From: [Clostridium] symbiosum
Lineage (GTDB): Bacteria > Bacillota > Clostridia > Lachnospirales > Lachnospiraceae
Assembly: GCA_021769625.1 (NCBI GenBank)
Contig: JAETSN010000009.1
Span: 3,052 to 67,051, forward strand
Direction: 5' to 3'
DNA length: 64,000 nt
The position numbers were made by a program, and so were the translations under genes. Shown piece by piece: positions 38,989-48,769 of the stretch (position 1 is its first letter; each line of letters starts with the position of its first letter). The notes beneath the pieces are model-generated. The model was not told where the DNA came from, made no database searches, and saw only the letters and a program-made list of their open reading frames with translations.

Positions 38989-41811
38989 CTACTCTACTTC
39001 CCGCAAAAGCCGGTCGAGTTTCTCCCTCAGCTCATTGTCAACACCGTACCCGGTAAACGGTCCCCAGGTCATTTCTTCCAGAGTACACAACTCTTTCTCA
39101 AAGGTACCGCCGTCCAGCATATATTCCCTTTCCAGAATCTCACGGGTCTTCGGATTTGCTTTCAGCTCCTCAAAAGGAGAGTCCAGACTGTATGTCTTCC
39201 GGTAGGGCGTAGTCGGCTCATAGCTAAATTCGTAACTTCCCGCCGCTGCGTAAAGCACCACATCCTTCCCGCTCTGACAGATATCTCTGCAGCCGTTTTC
39301 CTGCTCGTCCGCCATCTTGCGGATCACTTCAGCATCCGCATCCGGGAGCACGATCTTCGCCTCCGTATCGAAAGGAACCGTAAAGCGGAATCTCAGCAGT
39401 TTTCCGTCGATCTCCCATGCAGACTCTATCGTCCCGGAAGCGGCGCGCAGCTTCGCCTCTGCTTTTCCTATCTGATAATCCGGTGTCGGCGCGATCCGGA
39501 ATTTCTTAAAGCCCGCTCCCTCCTCACAGGGATTGATGCCCGCCATATTGCGGAACATCCACTCCACGATCGATCCGTAGGAATAATGGTTCAGGGAATT
39601 CATCGCCGTTCCGCTCATCTTTCCGTCCGGTTCCACGGAATTCCAGCGCTCCCAGATCGTAGTCGCGCCCATCAACACTTCATACAGCCATCCCGGGTAT
39701 CCCTTTTCCAGCAGCAGATGATACGCCAGATCATTCATTCCGTTCTCGGAAAGCACGCGGCACAGATAAGGCGTTCCCACAAACCCAGTATCCAGATGAT
39801 AGAAATTCTTTTTCAGCCTGTTCAGAAGCCCTCTGCACACTTTCTCATAGGCAAAGTCCGGCGTCAGCCCCATATACAGGACCACCACATAGGCTGTCGT
39901 GGTATCCACCGCCAGCTTTCCTGCCGGTGTGAAATACTCCCTCACAAAAGCATCATATATCTCCCCCGCCAGCTTTCCATATACCGCCGCGTCCTCTTTT
40001 TTGTCCAGAACCGCCGCCGCTTTTGCAACGATGTTGGCAGAATAATAATAGTAGGCCGATGCGATCAGGTTCGGATCTGTCGCGCCATATACGCCGCCGG
40101 GATAATTTCCGTCCAATGCAAGCCAGTCCGCATAATGCGTCCCTGTCAGCCACAGGCGTTTCGATCCGTCCTTATCATCCTCCCTCTTCATGTAATCCAC
40201 CCAGCCCTTCATGCTGTCATACTGGCGGCGCAGGATATTTTTATCGCCGTAGTGCAGATACACATTCCATGGAATGATCGTAGCCGCATCCGCCCAGGCA
40301 GTGGAGGCGTCCCCCGGGAAATTAGCCACAGGCACAACATCCGGCACACTGCCGCCCAGCTTCACCTGCTCCGCGTGAAGATCCCGCCCGAACTTTGTGT
40401 AAAACGCACAGGTGTCCATAAAATAGCAGGCTGTCCCCGAAAAGATCTGCGCATCGCCGGTCCAGCCGTAGCGCTCGTCACGCTGCGGACAGTCCGTCGG
40501 CACATCCACAAAATTTCCTTTCATGCCCCATTTTGCATTTAAAACCAGCCGGTTCACCAACGGATCCGAAGTTGTGATCTCTCCCAGTTCCTCCATGTCC
40601 GAATGGATCACCAGCCCGCGGAAGTCCTCCGGATCGATCTCTCCCTCCCATCCTTCCACTTTCACAAACCGGAATCCGTAGAATGTAAAGTGCTGACGCA
40701 CATCCCGTTCTTTCCCGTCCGAAATATAGGTAAACTCCGCTTCCGCCGTGCGAAGGTTCTCATTATAAAAATTGCCGTCCTGCAGGATCTCTCCAAACTG
40801 AAAATGCAGTTTCGTACCGGCAGACGCCGTACAGTGAAACTGCAGCCAGCCCACCATATTCTGCCCCATGTCGAGGACAGTTTCCCCCACAGGCGTATGG
40901 ATCACTTCCACCGGCTTTAACTGTTCATGTACCGTGATCGCAGGGGACAGCCTCGGCGAAAGACGGCTATACCCCAGCTCGACCGGTTCCGTCCCGAATG
41001 TCTCACTGACGTCCAGTGTCACATCGTACGTCTCACCCGAATAAATACCGCTGGACACAACCCTGCTCTTTCGCGCTTTCCATGTTTCGTCCGTGCCGAT
41101 GACTTCCTCCGTACCGTCCTCATACCATACGTGGATCTCCGCCAGCGCCGCCAGACGGTCTCCGTAATTTTCATACTTCTTGCGCATACCGTAACGACCT
41201 TTGTACCAGCCATCCCCCAGCAGCAGTTCCACGCGGTTATCCCCTTCCCTCAGGTCCAGTTCATAGGTCTGGTACTGAAGCCAGCTGTCATAAACGCAGA
41301 ATCCCGGAAGGAGGCATTCATTCCCCTGTTTTTCTCCGTTCAGGTAAAACTCATAGACGCCCAGTCCGATCATATAGCCCCTTGCTTTTGCCACGGGCTT
41401 CGCTATGCGGATCTCCTGCCATACCGCCGCCTGAACGCTCTTATCCGCTGCAGGCGTGATCCATTTCGCCTGCCATGCGCAGCCGTTTCCCGTCACTGTC
41501 TTCGCGGTCTCAAACCACTGCACGTCGCTGACAGCACTGTCGCCTGTCTCATCCGTCACCTTGACTCTCCAGTAATACCTTGTCATAGGATTTAACATGA
41601 CAGGCAGTTCAAACCCTGTACTGACAATATTGTCACATTCTCCGCTGTCATAGAAGATTTCCGAAAAATCCTCCCTCAGCGAGACCTGTATCTGCGCCGA
41701 AACCTGGCGCTTTCCTGCCGCCTGTGTCACAACATAGGAGACAGTCGGATTAGCCAGATCAAATCCGAGCGGATTTGTCAGATGGTTTGTTTTCAAATGT
41801 TCAATCTTCAT
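38989..41811 (-). CDS. Alpha-L-rhamnosidase-like glycoside hydrolase (GH78)
   Basis: LDMGQNMVG, FYGFRFV, PTDCPQRDERYGWTGDA, TTIWERWN, SLNHYSYG; start ATG 41811. Confidence 0.93.
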   Translation of the reverse strand: MKIEHLKTNHLTNPLGFDLANPTVSYVVTQAAGKRQVSAQIQVSLREDFSEIFYDSGECDNIVSTGFELPVMLNPMTRYYWRVKVTDETGDSAVSDVQWFETAKTVTGNGCAWQAKWITPAADKSVQAAVWQEIRIAKPVAKARGYMIGLGVYEFYLNGEKQGNECLLPGFCVYDSWLQYQTYELDLREGDNRVELLLGDGWYKGRYGMRKKYENYGDRLAALAEIHVWYEDGTEEVIGTDETWKARKSRVVSSGIYSGETYDVTLDVSETFGTEPVELGYSRLSPRLSPAITVHEQLKPVEVIHTPVGETVLDMGQNMVGWLQFHCTASAGTKLHFQFGEILQDGNFYNENLRTAEAEFTYISDGKERDVRQHFTFYGFRFVKVEGWEGEIDPEDFRGLVIHSDMEELGEITTSDPLVNRLVLNAKWGMKGNFVDVPTDCPQRDERYGWTGDAQIFSGTACYFMDTCAFYTKFGRDLHAEQVKLGGSVPDVVPVANFPGDASTAWADAATIIPWNVYLHYGDKNILRRQYDSMKGWVDYMKREDDKDGSKRLWLTGTHYADWLALDGNYPGGVYGATDPNLIASAYYYYSANIVAKAAAVLDKKEDAAVYGKLAGEIYDAFVREYFTPAGKLAVDTTTAYVVVLYMGLTPDFAYEKVCRGLLNRLKKNFYHLDTGFVGTPYLCRVLSENGMNDLAYHLLLEKGYPGWLYEVLMGATTIWERWNSVEPDGKMSGTAMNSLNHYSYGSIVEWMFRNMAGINPCEEGAGFKKFRIAPTPDYQIGKAEAKLRAASGTIESAWEIDGKLLRFRFTVPFDTEAKIVLPDADAEVIRKMADEQENGCRDICQSGKDVVLYAAAGSYEFSYEPTTPYRKTYSLDSPFEELKANPKTREILEREYMLDGGTFEKELCTLEEMTWGPFTGYGVDNELREKLDRLLREVE

Positions 41812-41943
41812 GATTTTGTCGATCCTTTCTCCGTATCCTCTTTTATCCTTTATATTTTTTCTCATACTCACTTTATATTTGGTATTTCCGCCGGCGAATT
41901 AAAAATCCCTTTCCGCCATGCGGCGCCGTTTATTACTGTGCTC

Positions 41944-43752
41944 TCAATCTTCTTTATCTGCGCTTTCCTTCTGCCCTACCGTGACGACAAAACCCTGCCC
42001 CCCCGGCACGTTCTCCATCTCAAAGATCAGATTTTCCGCGTACAGCAGCAGACATCTGGTGTAAGTATTCGCGATACCCATCCCGCCGATCTCCATTTCC
42101 GCAGTCATGGCTTTCTCCAGAATGTCTATCCGCACTTCCGCAAGTTTTTCCTGCAGCTCCCGCAGGGTCTGTTCCGAAATGCCGGAACCGTTATCCTGCA
42201 CCTGAATGATCCACCGATCTTTCAGCACTTTTCCCGTCACAGAAATGTGCATGCGGGAATCCTTATTCCGAAAGCCGTGTTTTACACAGTTTTCCACCAG
42301 CTGCTGCAGCGTCATTTTCGGAATGATCTGCTTTTCGATCTCCTCATCCACATCTATGCTCACATCCAGCTTATTGTTATGCCGCGCTTTTAAGAGATAA
42401 AAAAAATCCTCCAGATATTCCAGCTCTTTTCTCACCGACGCATACCGCTCTTTATTGTTCGTGGAATAGCGCAGCATATTACCCAGACAACCGCACATCT
42501 CACAGATCGCCTCGTCATTATCAAGCACCGCACGGGACGAGATCGTGTTGAGGACATTATAGATAAAATGCGGGTTTACCTGCGCCTGAAGCGTGTCAAA
42601 CTGTGCCTGAAGCTGGAGCAGTGCCGCCTGCTTCTCATTTCTCAGCGCCTTATCCAGCCGCGCAGTCATCGCCTGATATGCCTGTATCAGTTCCTGAAGT
42701 TCATCTGAAGCCCCTACTTTTTCCAGATGCTTCGTATCCTGCAGGTTCTCAATATTGGTATTTTCCACTGTCTCCTGAAGGCGTTTGATCGGTTTTGTCA
42801 GGACTCCCGACCAGAAGATCACCATGATCAGGCTGACACCGAATGTTGCCAGCGTTGCGAAAAAGGAGATGGAAAAAAGTTCACGCCGTTCCTTTTTCAA
42901 CAGAAAATTCTTTTTATAGGCCAGCACCGTCAGATCAAAGTCAGAAGATGTTGCCTTTGTATAAATCGTGCCATCCTCTGTCAATATCTCCTCTTCCTGC
43001 AGTTTTTTTACCCGCTCCATGTCACTTTCTGTTACTTCTGTTCCATATTCACTGTCACTGGCATAGAGAAGTTCCCCTCCGTTCACCATGATCAGAAAAT
43101 CAATATCAGGATCCGACAGCTGCAGGGAATCAAGGCTGTTTATCTCACTCTCCACTTCCAGAAAGCCCATTCCTTCTCCCCTCAGCGCCTTCATCAGGGA
43201 ATAAACCTGAACGCTGTCATTCAATCCCCAATAATCCGTGTGAGGCGCAACGATCACAGAGCCTCCATTCGCCTCTATCGCTCTTCCAAGATATGGGACA
43301 TCCTCCACATTGAAGTCTGAGATGAGCCTCTGTGTCGGTATATTGCCCGTACCTGTCAGCCAGAGAGCACTGCTGGCAAGAAATGAATTCTGGTTAAAAA
43401 AAACTGTCCTGTAACAGTTTTTCATGATATATTCTGTGCTGAGTCCGATACCCAGCTCCGATTTTGCGTTCAATACATATCTGTTCTGAACATCACCCTC
43501 CTGATCTTTTGCCAGCCAGGTAATGCTTTCCAGCAGATTGGCATTGGACAGGATATACTGCATGATCGCATCCATCCTCCTCAGATTCTCGTCCATCTGC
43601 GTCACACAGGACCTCGCTGAGACCCGGAGGTTATTTTTCTGGCTGGTAGTCTCATATTGGAGACTGATTCTGGCCACCACAATGCCCAGAACCAGACTCA
43701 CCAAAAATGCAACCGTCGTATATGCAAGTATCATCTTGCTGCGAAACTTCAT
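41944..43752 (-). CDS. YesM/LytS-type sensor histidine kinase
   Basis: LQAQVNPHFIYNVL, LQQLVENCVKHG, QDNGSG, HAMP region. Confidence 0.92.
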   Translation of the reverse strand: MKFRSKMILAYTTVAFLVSLVLGIVVARISLQYETTSQKNNLRVSARSCVTQMDENLRRMDAIMQYILSNANLLESITWLAKDQEGDVQNRYVLNAKSELGIGLSTEYIMKNCYRTVFFNQNSFLASSALWLTGTGNIPTQRLISDFNVEDVPYLGRAIEANGGSVIVAPHTDYWGLNDSVQVYSLMKALRGEGMGFLEVESEINSLDSLQLSDPDIDFLIMVNGGELLYASDSEYGTEVTESDMERVKKLQEEEILTEDGTIYTKATSSDFDLTVLAYKKNFLLKKERRELFSISFFATLATFGVSLIMVIFWSGVLTKPIKRLQETVENTNIENLQDTKHLEKVGASDELQELIQAYQAMTARLDKALRNEKQAALLQLQAQFDTLQAQVNPHFIYNVLNTISSRAVLDNDEAICEMCGCLGNMLRYSTNNKERYASVRKELEYLEDFFYLLKARHNNKLDVSIDVDEEIEKQIIPKMTLQQLVENCVKHGFRNKDSRMHISVTGKVLKDRWIIQVQDNGSGISEQTLRELQEKLAEVRIDILEKAMTAEMEIGGMGIANTYTRCLLLYAENLIFEMENVPGGQGFVVTVGQKESADKED

Positions 43753-43763
43753 AATAATTACCT

Positions 43764-44594
43764 TTATCCTTTAACAGAACCGGCAACCATACCATCCACA
43801 ATCTTTTTATTGAATATGATAAACAGGATCAGCATCGGAATCGTGATGATAATAATATCTGCAAACAGCAGATTATAATTGCTGCCAAGCATTCCCTGAT
43901 AATTGTACAGTGTCAGCTGCACTGTCGTATTCTTCGCCCCTGGCAGAAAGTACAGCGGATTTGTAAAATCGTTGAATGTCTGCACGCCGACAAGGATAAT
44001 AAGTGTTGCCTGAATCGGCTTTAGCAGCGGGAATATTACCTTGGTAAATATCTGCCACTTGCTGCATCCGTCTATCCTCGCCGCCTCCTCCAGTTCCCGC
44101 GGGATCGACGCCATATAGCCCCGGTAAAGCATGATGGCAAACGGCGTCTGCAGCGCTATCTCGATCATAACCATCGAAAACATCGTCTTATAGATATGCA
44201 GGCTCTGCAGCAGATGGATGGTGGGCATAATTGCCGCCGGTATCATCAGACCCAGCATAATGACTGACTGGATACCTGTCATAAGCTTATCCTGTCTTCG
44301 CTGGATGACATAAGCTGCCATCGCCGCTGTGATCAGCAGCCCGATCACCGTAAAAAATGCCAGAAGGCCGCTGTTCTTAAACGCCCTTACCAGCTGGTAG
44401 TTCGAATGCTGGAACACTTCAATATAATTCTCAAAATGTAATTCACTGGGCCAGCTGATCGACAATTTGTTTGCTTCCGCCCTGGATTTCAGAGACTGCA
44501 CAAGCATAAAGTAAAACGGGATCAGAAAAATAATACACGTTACGATCACCCCGAGGATATCTCCAAGGAGAAGAATTCTCTTTTGCTTTTTCAT
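43764..44594 (-). CDS. Carbohydrate ABC transporter permease
   Basis: EAA motif ELEEAARIDG, FNDFTNPL. Confidence 0.95.
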   Translation of the reverse strand: MKKQKRILLLGDILGVIVTCIIFLIPFYFMLVQSLKSRAEANKLSISWPSELHFENYIEVFQHSNYQLVRAFKNSGLLAFFTVIGLLITAAMAAYVIQRRQDKLMTGIQSVIMLGLMIPAAIMPTIHLLQSLHIYKTMFSMVMIEIALQTPFAIMLYRGYMASIPRELEEAARIDGCSKWQIFTKVIFPLLKPIQATLIILVGVQTFNDFTNPLYFLPGAKNTTVQLTLYNYQGMLGSNYNLLFADIIIITIPMLILFIIFNKKIVDGMVAGSVKG

Positions 44595-45466
44595 TACTGC
44601 ATAGCCTCCTCTCTCTTATTCAGGAAATGCTGCAGCGGGAATGCGATCACAGAGATCAGAATAAGCATCACTACATTGCCTGCCGTCGAAAGCCCATAAA
44701 AGCCAGCCGCATACTGCTTATAAATGACAGATGCCAGAACGTCCGTCGAGAATCCGGGGCCGCCGCCCGTCATCGCCCAGATCAGGTCGAAAGAACGCAA
44801 GCCGCCGATCAGGGACAAAATGATGATGGAATTCTGGGACGGAGCCACAAGCGGAAGCGTGATATTTTTTAACTGCTGCCACCATGTCGCCCCATCGATG
44901 GATGCAGCCTCATAATATGTCTTGTCAATGGACTGAATACCCGCAATATAAATTACCACCGATATCGAAAGGCCCTTCCAGACATCTGTCAGGATAATAC
45001 TTGCGAGCGCCGTACTCGGGTTCCCCAGAAAGTCGATGGGCGTCCCGCCGAGTGCCTGAATCGCCACATTAAAAAGCCCCTTGGTCGGATGCATCATGTA
45101 GGAAAAAGCAAGGCCGACCGCCATCATGGAAACCAGGTTCGGGAAAAACACAGCGGAACGGATAAATCCTTTTGTCTTGATCTTGCTGGTCAGAAAAATA
45201 GCAATGAAAAATGCAATGACCACTTTCAGGGCGCTGGTTCCGAACGCGTAGATCAGAGTATGTACCACGGAAGAGCTCATAGAGTGTTCGGAAAAGAAAA
45301 GTTTATAGTTGTCAAGTCCGCAAAATTTTGCCGTATCAAAATTCCATACGGTCAGACTGTAATACAGGGATGTCACAATCGGCCACAGGAAAAAAATACC
45401 GAAAATAATCAGGGACGGGAGAGCAAACCAAACGGGATATATACCGCGTTCCTTTTTGGTCTTCAT
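44594..45466 (-). CDS. Carbohydrate ABC transporter permease
   Basis: YYEAASIDGA, FDLIWAMTGGGPG; start ATG 45466 (RBS AGGAGG). Confidence 0.95.
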   Translation of the reverse strand: MKTKKERGIYPVWFALPSLIIFGIFFLWPIVTSLYYSLTVWNFDTAKFCGLDNYKLFFSEHSMSSSVVHTLIYAFGTSALKVVIAFFIAIFLTSKIKTKGFIRSAVFFPNLVSMMAVGLAFSYMMHPTKGLFNVAIQALGGTPIDFLGNPSTALASIILTDVWKGLSISVVIYIAGIQSIDKTYYEAASIDGATWWQQLKNITLPLVAPSQNSIIILSLIGGLRSFDLIWAMTGGGPGFSTDVLASVIYKQYAAGFYGLSTAGNVVMLILISVIAFPLQHFLNKREEAMQ

Positions 45467-45543
45467 TATAAAACCTCCTATCAATGAGTGGCCGCCCGAT
45501 ACTGTCAGACGGCCACATTATCATGTTCTCTTATATCGGAATG

Positions 45544-46917
45544 TTATTCCCAATCATAACCAAGCTGTATTGCAGATTTCTTGCAGTCATCATCATACAT
45601 AGCCGCTGCCTCCGCACCTTTCATCTGGCCAAGGCCGACCGCTGTAGTCATCTGTTCACAGGTGGTTCCTTTGATCGGAGACTGGTACTCAAGTGCCGGC
45701 ATGGTCTTTCCATCATCGAAATACTGCTGCATATCCACACGTACTGCATTACATACGGATTCCGGTAATTCGTAACCTTTCACGCAGGAAGGCCCGTTTG
45801 CGCCGTAAGTCTCAAAGTAAAGATCCAGTGCTTCCTCAGAATAATAGAATTCAAAGAACGCCTTGATCGCATCGATATGTTCGCTGTCTTTGTTGACATA
45901 CCAGCTCATCGGCTCCCATACGGTAAGACCATGGTTGTTCGGGTCATCGCCCGGAACGCCGAACACGCCGATATCATCCGGATTTTCCGCATTTTCAAGG
46001 ATCAGCGGAAGCTGCTGTGTCAGAATAAACCAATGTGTAGCCTCACCTGTCGCAATTGCAAAGTTGCCGTCTGTAACGGTCGCTGCAGATTTGTCCGCAT
46101 TCAGGAAATCCACAAGATCCTCATACTTTGTCCAGCTTCTGGTCGCTTCGGGAACATCTGCATATTTCGCTGTTCCGTTTGTGTAATCCTCAGCAAATGT
46201 AGGATTTGCCACTGCAACATTGTAATAGTCACCGAGGAACAGAACCTGTGTTGCCCATGTCTCACCGCCTGTAAAGTAAACAGGTGTCTTGCCCGCATCT
46301 TTCAGTGCCTGGCAGTTTGCCACAAAGTCATCCCATGTATGCGGAACTTCCAGACCCAACTCCTCATAGTCGGGCTTATAATAGATAACCGCACCGGCCT
46401 GTGTGGAAGACTGGGGCATTCCATAGATCGCTCCATCGATCGTAACCGAACTCAGAAAAGCATCGTCAAATTTCTGAATAACTTCCCAGTCAGAGATATC
46501 AAGAAGTCCGCGGGAAGGGTTTACATCATACAGCTTGGAACCGGAATTATGTACATAAAAGTCCCAGAGCTCCCCTGATGCCATTCTTGTCTTCAGAATA
46601 TTATCGCCGTCAGAACCGCCGGGATTCACTTCCACTTCGAATTCCATTCCCAGTTTTTCTGTGGCTGCCGCCATAACCGCCTGTGTTCCTGCGTTGTTCT
46701 CGGCATTTCCGCCCCACCATGTCAACGTAACTCCCTCAAACGGTTTTTCTCCTGTCGCCTCTGCTGCCGCTGCCGGCGCCTCCTCAGAGCCTCCGTCCTC
46801 CGCAGGTGTCTCAGCCGCTGCCGGTGCCTCCTCAGAATCCGCTCCTGAGCTGCCGCATCCAAACAGGCTGAACGCCATCGTGCCGGCAAGAATCAATGCC
46901 AATACTTTTTTGCTCAT
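45544..46917 (-). CDS. Carbohydrate ABC transporter substrate-binding lipoprotein
   Basis: Lipobox-like LFGC, acidic Ala/Glu linker, IYGMP...YYKPD, ALKDAGKTP. Confidence 0.92.
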   Translation of the reverse strand: MSKKVLALILAGTMAFSLFGCGSSGADSEEAPAAAETPAEDGGSEEAPAAAAEATGEKPFEGVTLTWWGGNAENNAGTQAVMAAATEKLGMEFEVEVNPGGSDGDNILKTRMASGELWDFYVHNSGSKLYDVNPSRGLLDISDWEVIQKFDDAFLSSVTIDGAIYGMPQSSTQAGAVIYYKPDYEELGLEVPHTWDDFVANCQALKDAGKTPVYFTGGETWATQVLFLGDYYNVAVANPTFAEDYTNGTAKYADVPEATRSWTKYEDLVDFLNADKSAATVTDGNFAIATGEATHWFILTQQLPLILENAENPDDIGVFGVPGDDPNNHGLTVWEPMSWYVNKDSEHIDAIKAFFEFYYSEEALDLYFETYGANGPSCVKGYELPESVCNAVRVDMQQYFDDGKTMPALEYQSPIKGTTCEQMTTAVGLGQMKGAEAAAMYDDDCKKSAIQLGYDWE

Positions 46918-47024
46918 AATTTTAAATCCTCCTTATTTTTTGTTTTTCAACATGGTTTTATTTTATCTGCCGAAAAATAAAAAGTACATGGAGGATACAA
47001 CACAAAACAATTGAAAATCTGAAA

Positions 47025-48527
47025 CTATTTATTATAATCCGCAGGACTTCTGCCCGTATAGGAGTGAAATATCCTGCTGAAATAGAACTGGTCATGGTAG
47101 CCGACCAGTTCCGCCACATCCTTGACATAAACCTCACTGTTTTCTTCAAGCAGCTGTTTAGCCCGTTCCATGCGGATGCCGGTGAGGTATTGGTTATAAG
47201 ACTGCCCGGTATATTTGCGGAACAGCTTACTCATATAGGTCTGTGAGATGGCAAATAAACCCGATATCCTCTGCAGGGACATCTGTTCCGAAATGTGGTC
47301 CCTCAGATATGTTTTGATATTTTCAAAAAACTCCGGTGAATCCACCTTATGGTTTTCCTGCTCCTTCTCCGGGAAATGGAATACAGACGTATACAGATTC
47401 TGCCTCAGCATTTCCATATTAGTAGAGTAGTAAAAAGCATCCTCAAACTGATACTCGCTCTCGATCAGGGATTCCTCGTCACCGCCCTGCATCTGAATTA
47501 CATTCCGTATCCTTCTGACTGCCTGCTCCAGCCAGAGCTGCGGACGTTTTTCCTTCTCCCAACGCTCAAACGCTTTTGCGGTACATTTTTGCAGCTGATC
47601 GTATTTTCCGGTCTTTGCATACCACTCTACCTCCTGCAAAAGTCCGGATACCTCTGTCATATCCGAAAAGGAAAGCCTCCCCATAAGCGTCTGTTTTTTA
47701 TCGAGGTCCACCACCTGTGAAAATCCCACTGTACTCAGGGTATTTAACCAATAATACAGATCCCGTATTTTCTCGGATATCTCCAGAGCGGCAAACGCCT
47801 CCCCATAGTAGAGGAGCGTTGTATAGGATCCTTCCGTTTTCTGGCGCCGTTCCACCCTTGTCATATAATCGATCAGCGTCTGTTCCCCCAGCACTTCCTC
47901 GGGGATCAAAAACAGCTCCTCCATATTGTCCCGGCCGTAAACCAGATATTCTTCATCGATCGTACCATACAGTTCCGGCTCCTTTACCGGTGCATACCTT
48001 CTCGGCAGTCCATTTTCCCGCAGAAGCGCTGCATAGAATTTTTTATAGGGAAAGAATTTCTGGATCTCTTCCAACGCCATTGTCTCCCCTATGCAGAGTT
48101 TCCGGAAAATCTCCATTCTTCTGTCATAATATATCTTTCTGAGCTTTTCCTCCACATTTTTCATCGTAACAAGCATGCGGGACGGAACCATCGGTTTCGT
48201 CAGATAATCCAGCACACCATTTCGAAAAGCATCTCTCGCATATTCAAAATCCTCATATCCGCTGATGATCACAAAGCACAGATCCGGCATGATCTTACTG
48301 GCATGGCGCAGCAGTTCCAATCCGTTCATCACAGGCATCTCAACATCCGTCAGGACCAGGTCGGGAGATGTCTCCCTGATCACTTCCAGCGCCTTGCTCC
48401 CGTTCTCCGCGGTCCCAATGATCTCAAGCTGCGGAAAATGTTTCTCAATGACAAGGCATATCGCTTTCACCGCCATCGCCTCATCGTCAACTACAACCAC
48501 TTTGTATCTGTTTCCGTTCGGTCCCAT
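47025..48527 (-). CDS. YesN-type response regulator (receiver + AraC HTH)
   Basis: VVVDDE, LTDVEMPVMNG, DYLTKP; C-terminal SQTYMSKLFRK...YFSRIF; ATG 48527 with RBS AGGAGG. Confidence 0.92.
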   Translation of the reverse strand: MGPNGNRYKVVVVDDEAMAVKAICLVIEKHFPQLEIIGTAENGSKALEVIRETSPDLVLTDVEMPVMNGLELLRHASKIMPDLCFVIISGYEDFEYARDAFRNGVLDYLTKPMVPSRMLVTMKNVEEKLRKIYYDRRMEIFRKLCIGETMALEEIQKFFPYKKFYAALLRENGLPRRYAPVKEPELYGTIDEEYLVYGRDNMEELFLIPEEVLGEQTLIDYMTRVERRQKTEGSYTTLLYYGEAFAALEISEKIRDLYYWLNTLSTVGFSQVVDLDKKQTLMGRLSFSDMTEVSGLLQEVEWYAKTGKYDQLQKCTAKAFERWEKEKRPQLWLEQAVRRIRNVIQMQGGDEESLIESEYQFEDAFYYSTNMEMLRQNLYTSVFHFPEKEQENHKVDSPEFFENIKTYLRDHISEQMSLQRISGLFAISQTYMSKLFRKYTGQSYNQYLTGIRMERAKQLLEENSEVYVKDVAELVGYHDQFYFSRIFHSYTGRSPADYNK

Positions 48528-48671
48528 CGTTCCGCCTCCTTTTTTCCGTCTCTCTCTTATATTTATCATATCAGCTGTATCCTGACAATCCTTACTTTTA
48601 TAAGTGAAATACTTGTGCAAGCACGGCACTTGCCTATTGCCAAGCTTGCCTGGCATTTTGCTCGCGGAAAT

Positions 48672-48726
48672 AAAACCGGGAGAGATGTAAAGCCGGTTCA
48701 AATAACTTTACACCTCTCCCGGTTTT
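48672..48726. terminator. Long hairpin (21-bp arms) downstream of the DUF6128 gene, probable terminator
   Basis: AAAACCGGGAGAGATGTAAAG / CTTTACACCTCTCCCGGTTTT, one mismatch. Confidence 0.75.
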
Positions 48727-48769
48727 CTGCTGCCGTTTCCCGGGCCAAAAAACCATGCCCAAAAAGCAG

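Noticed and set aside
38950-40542. 530-aa plus-strand ORF
   Set aside because: Antisense shadow of the well-supported GH78 gene, with no recognisable motifs. The same applies to 5710-6726, 24634-25593 and 54980-55972.
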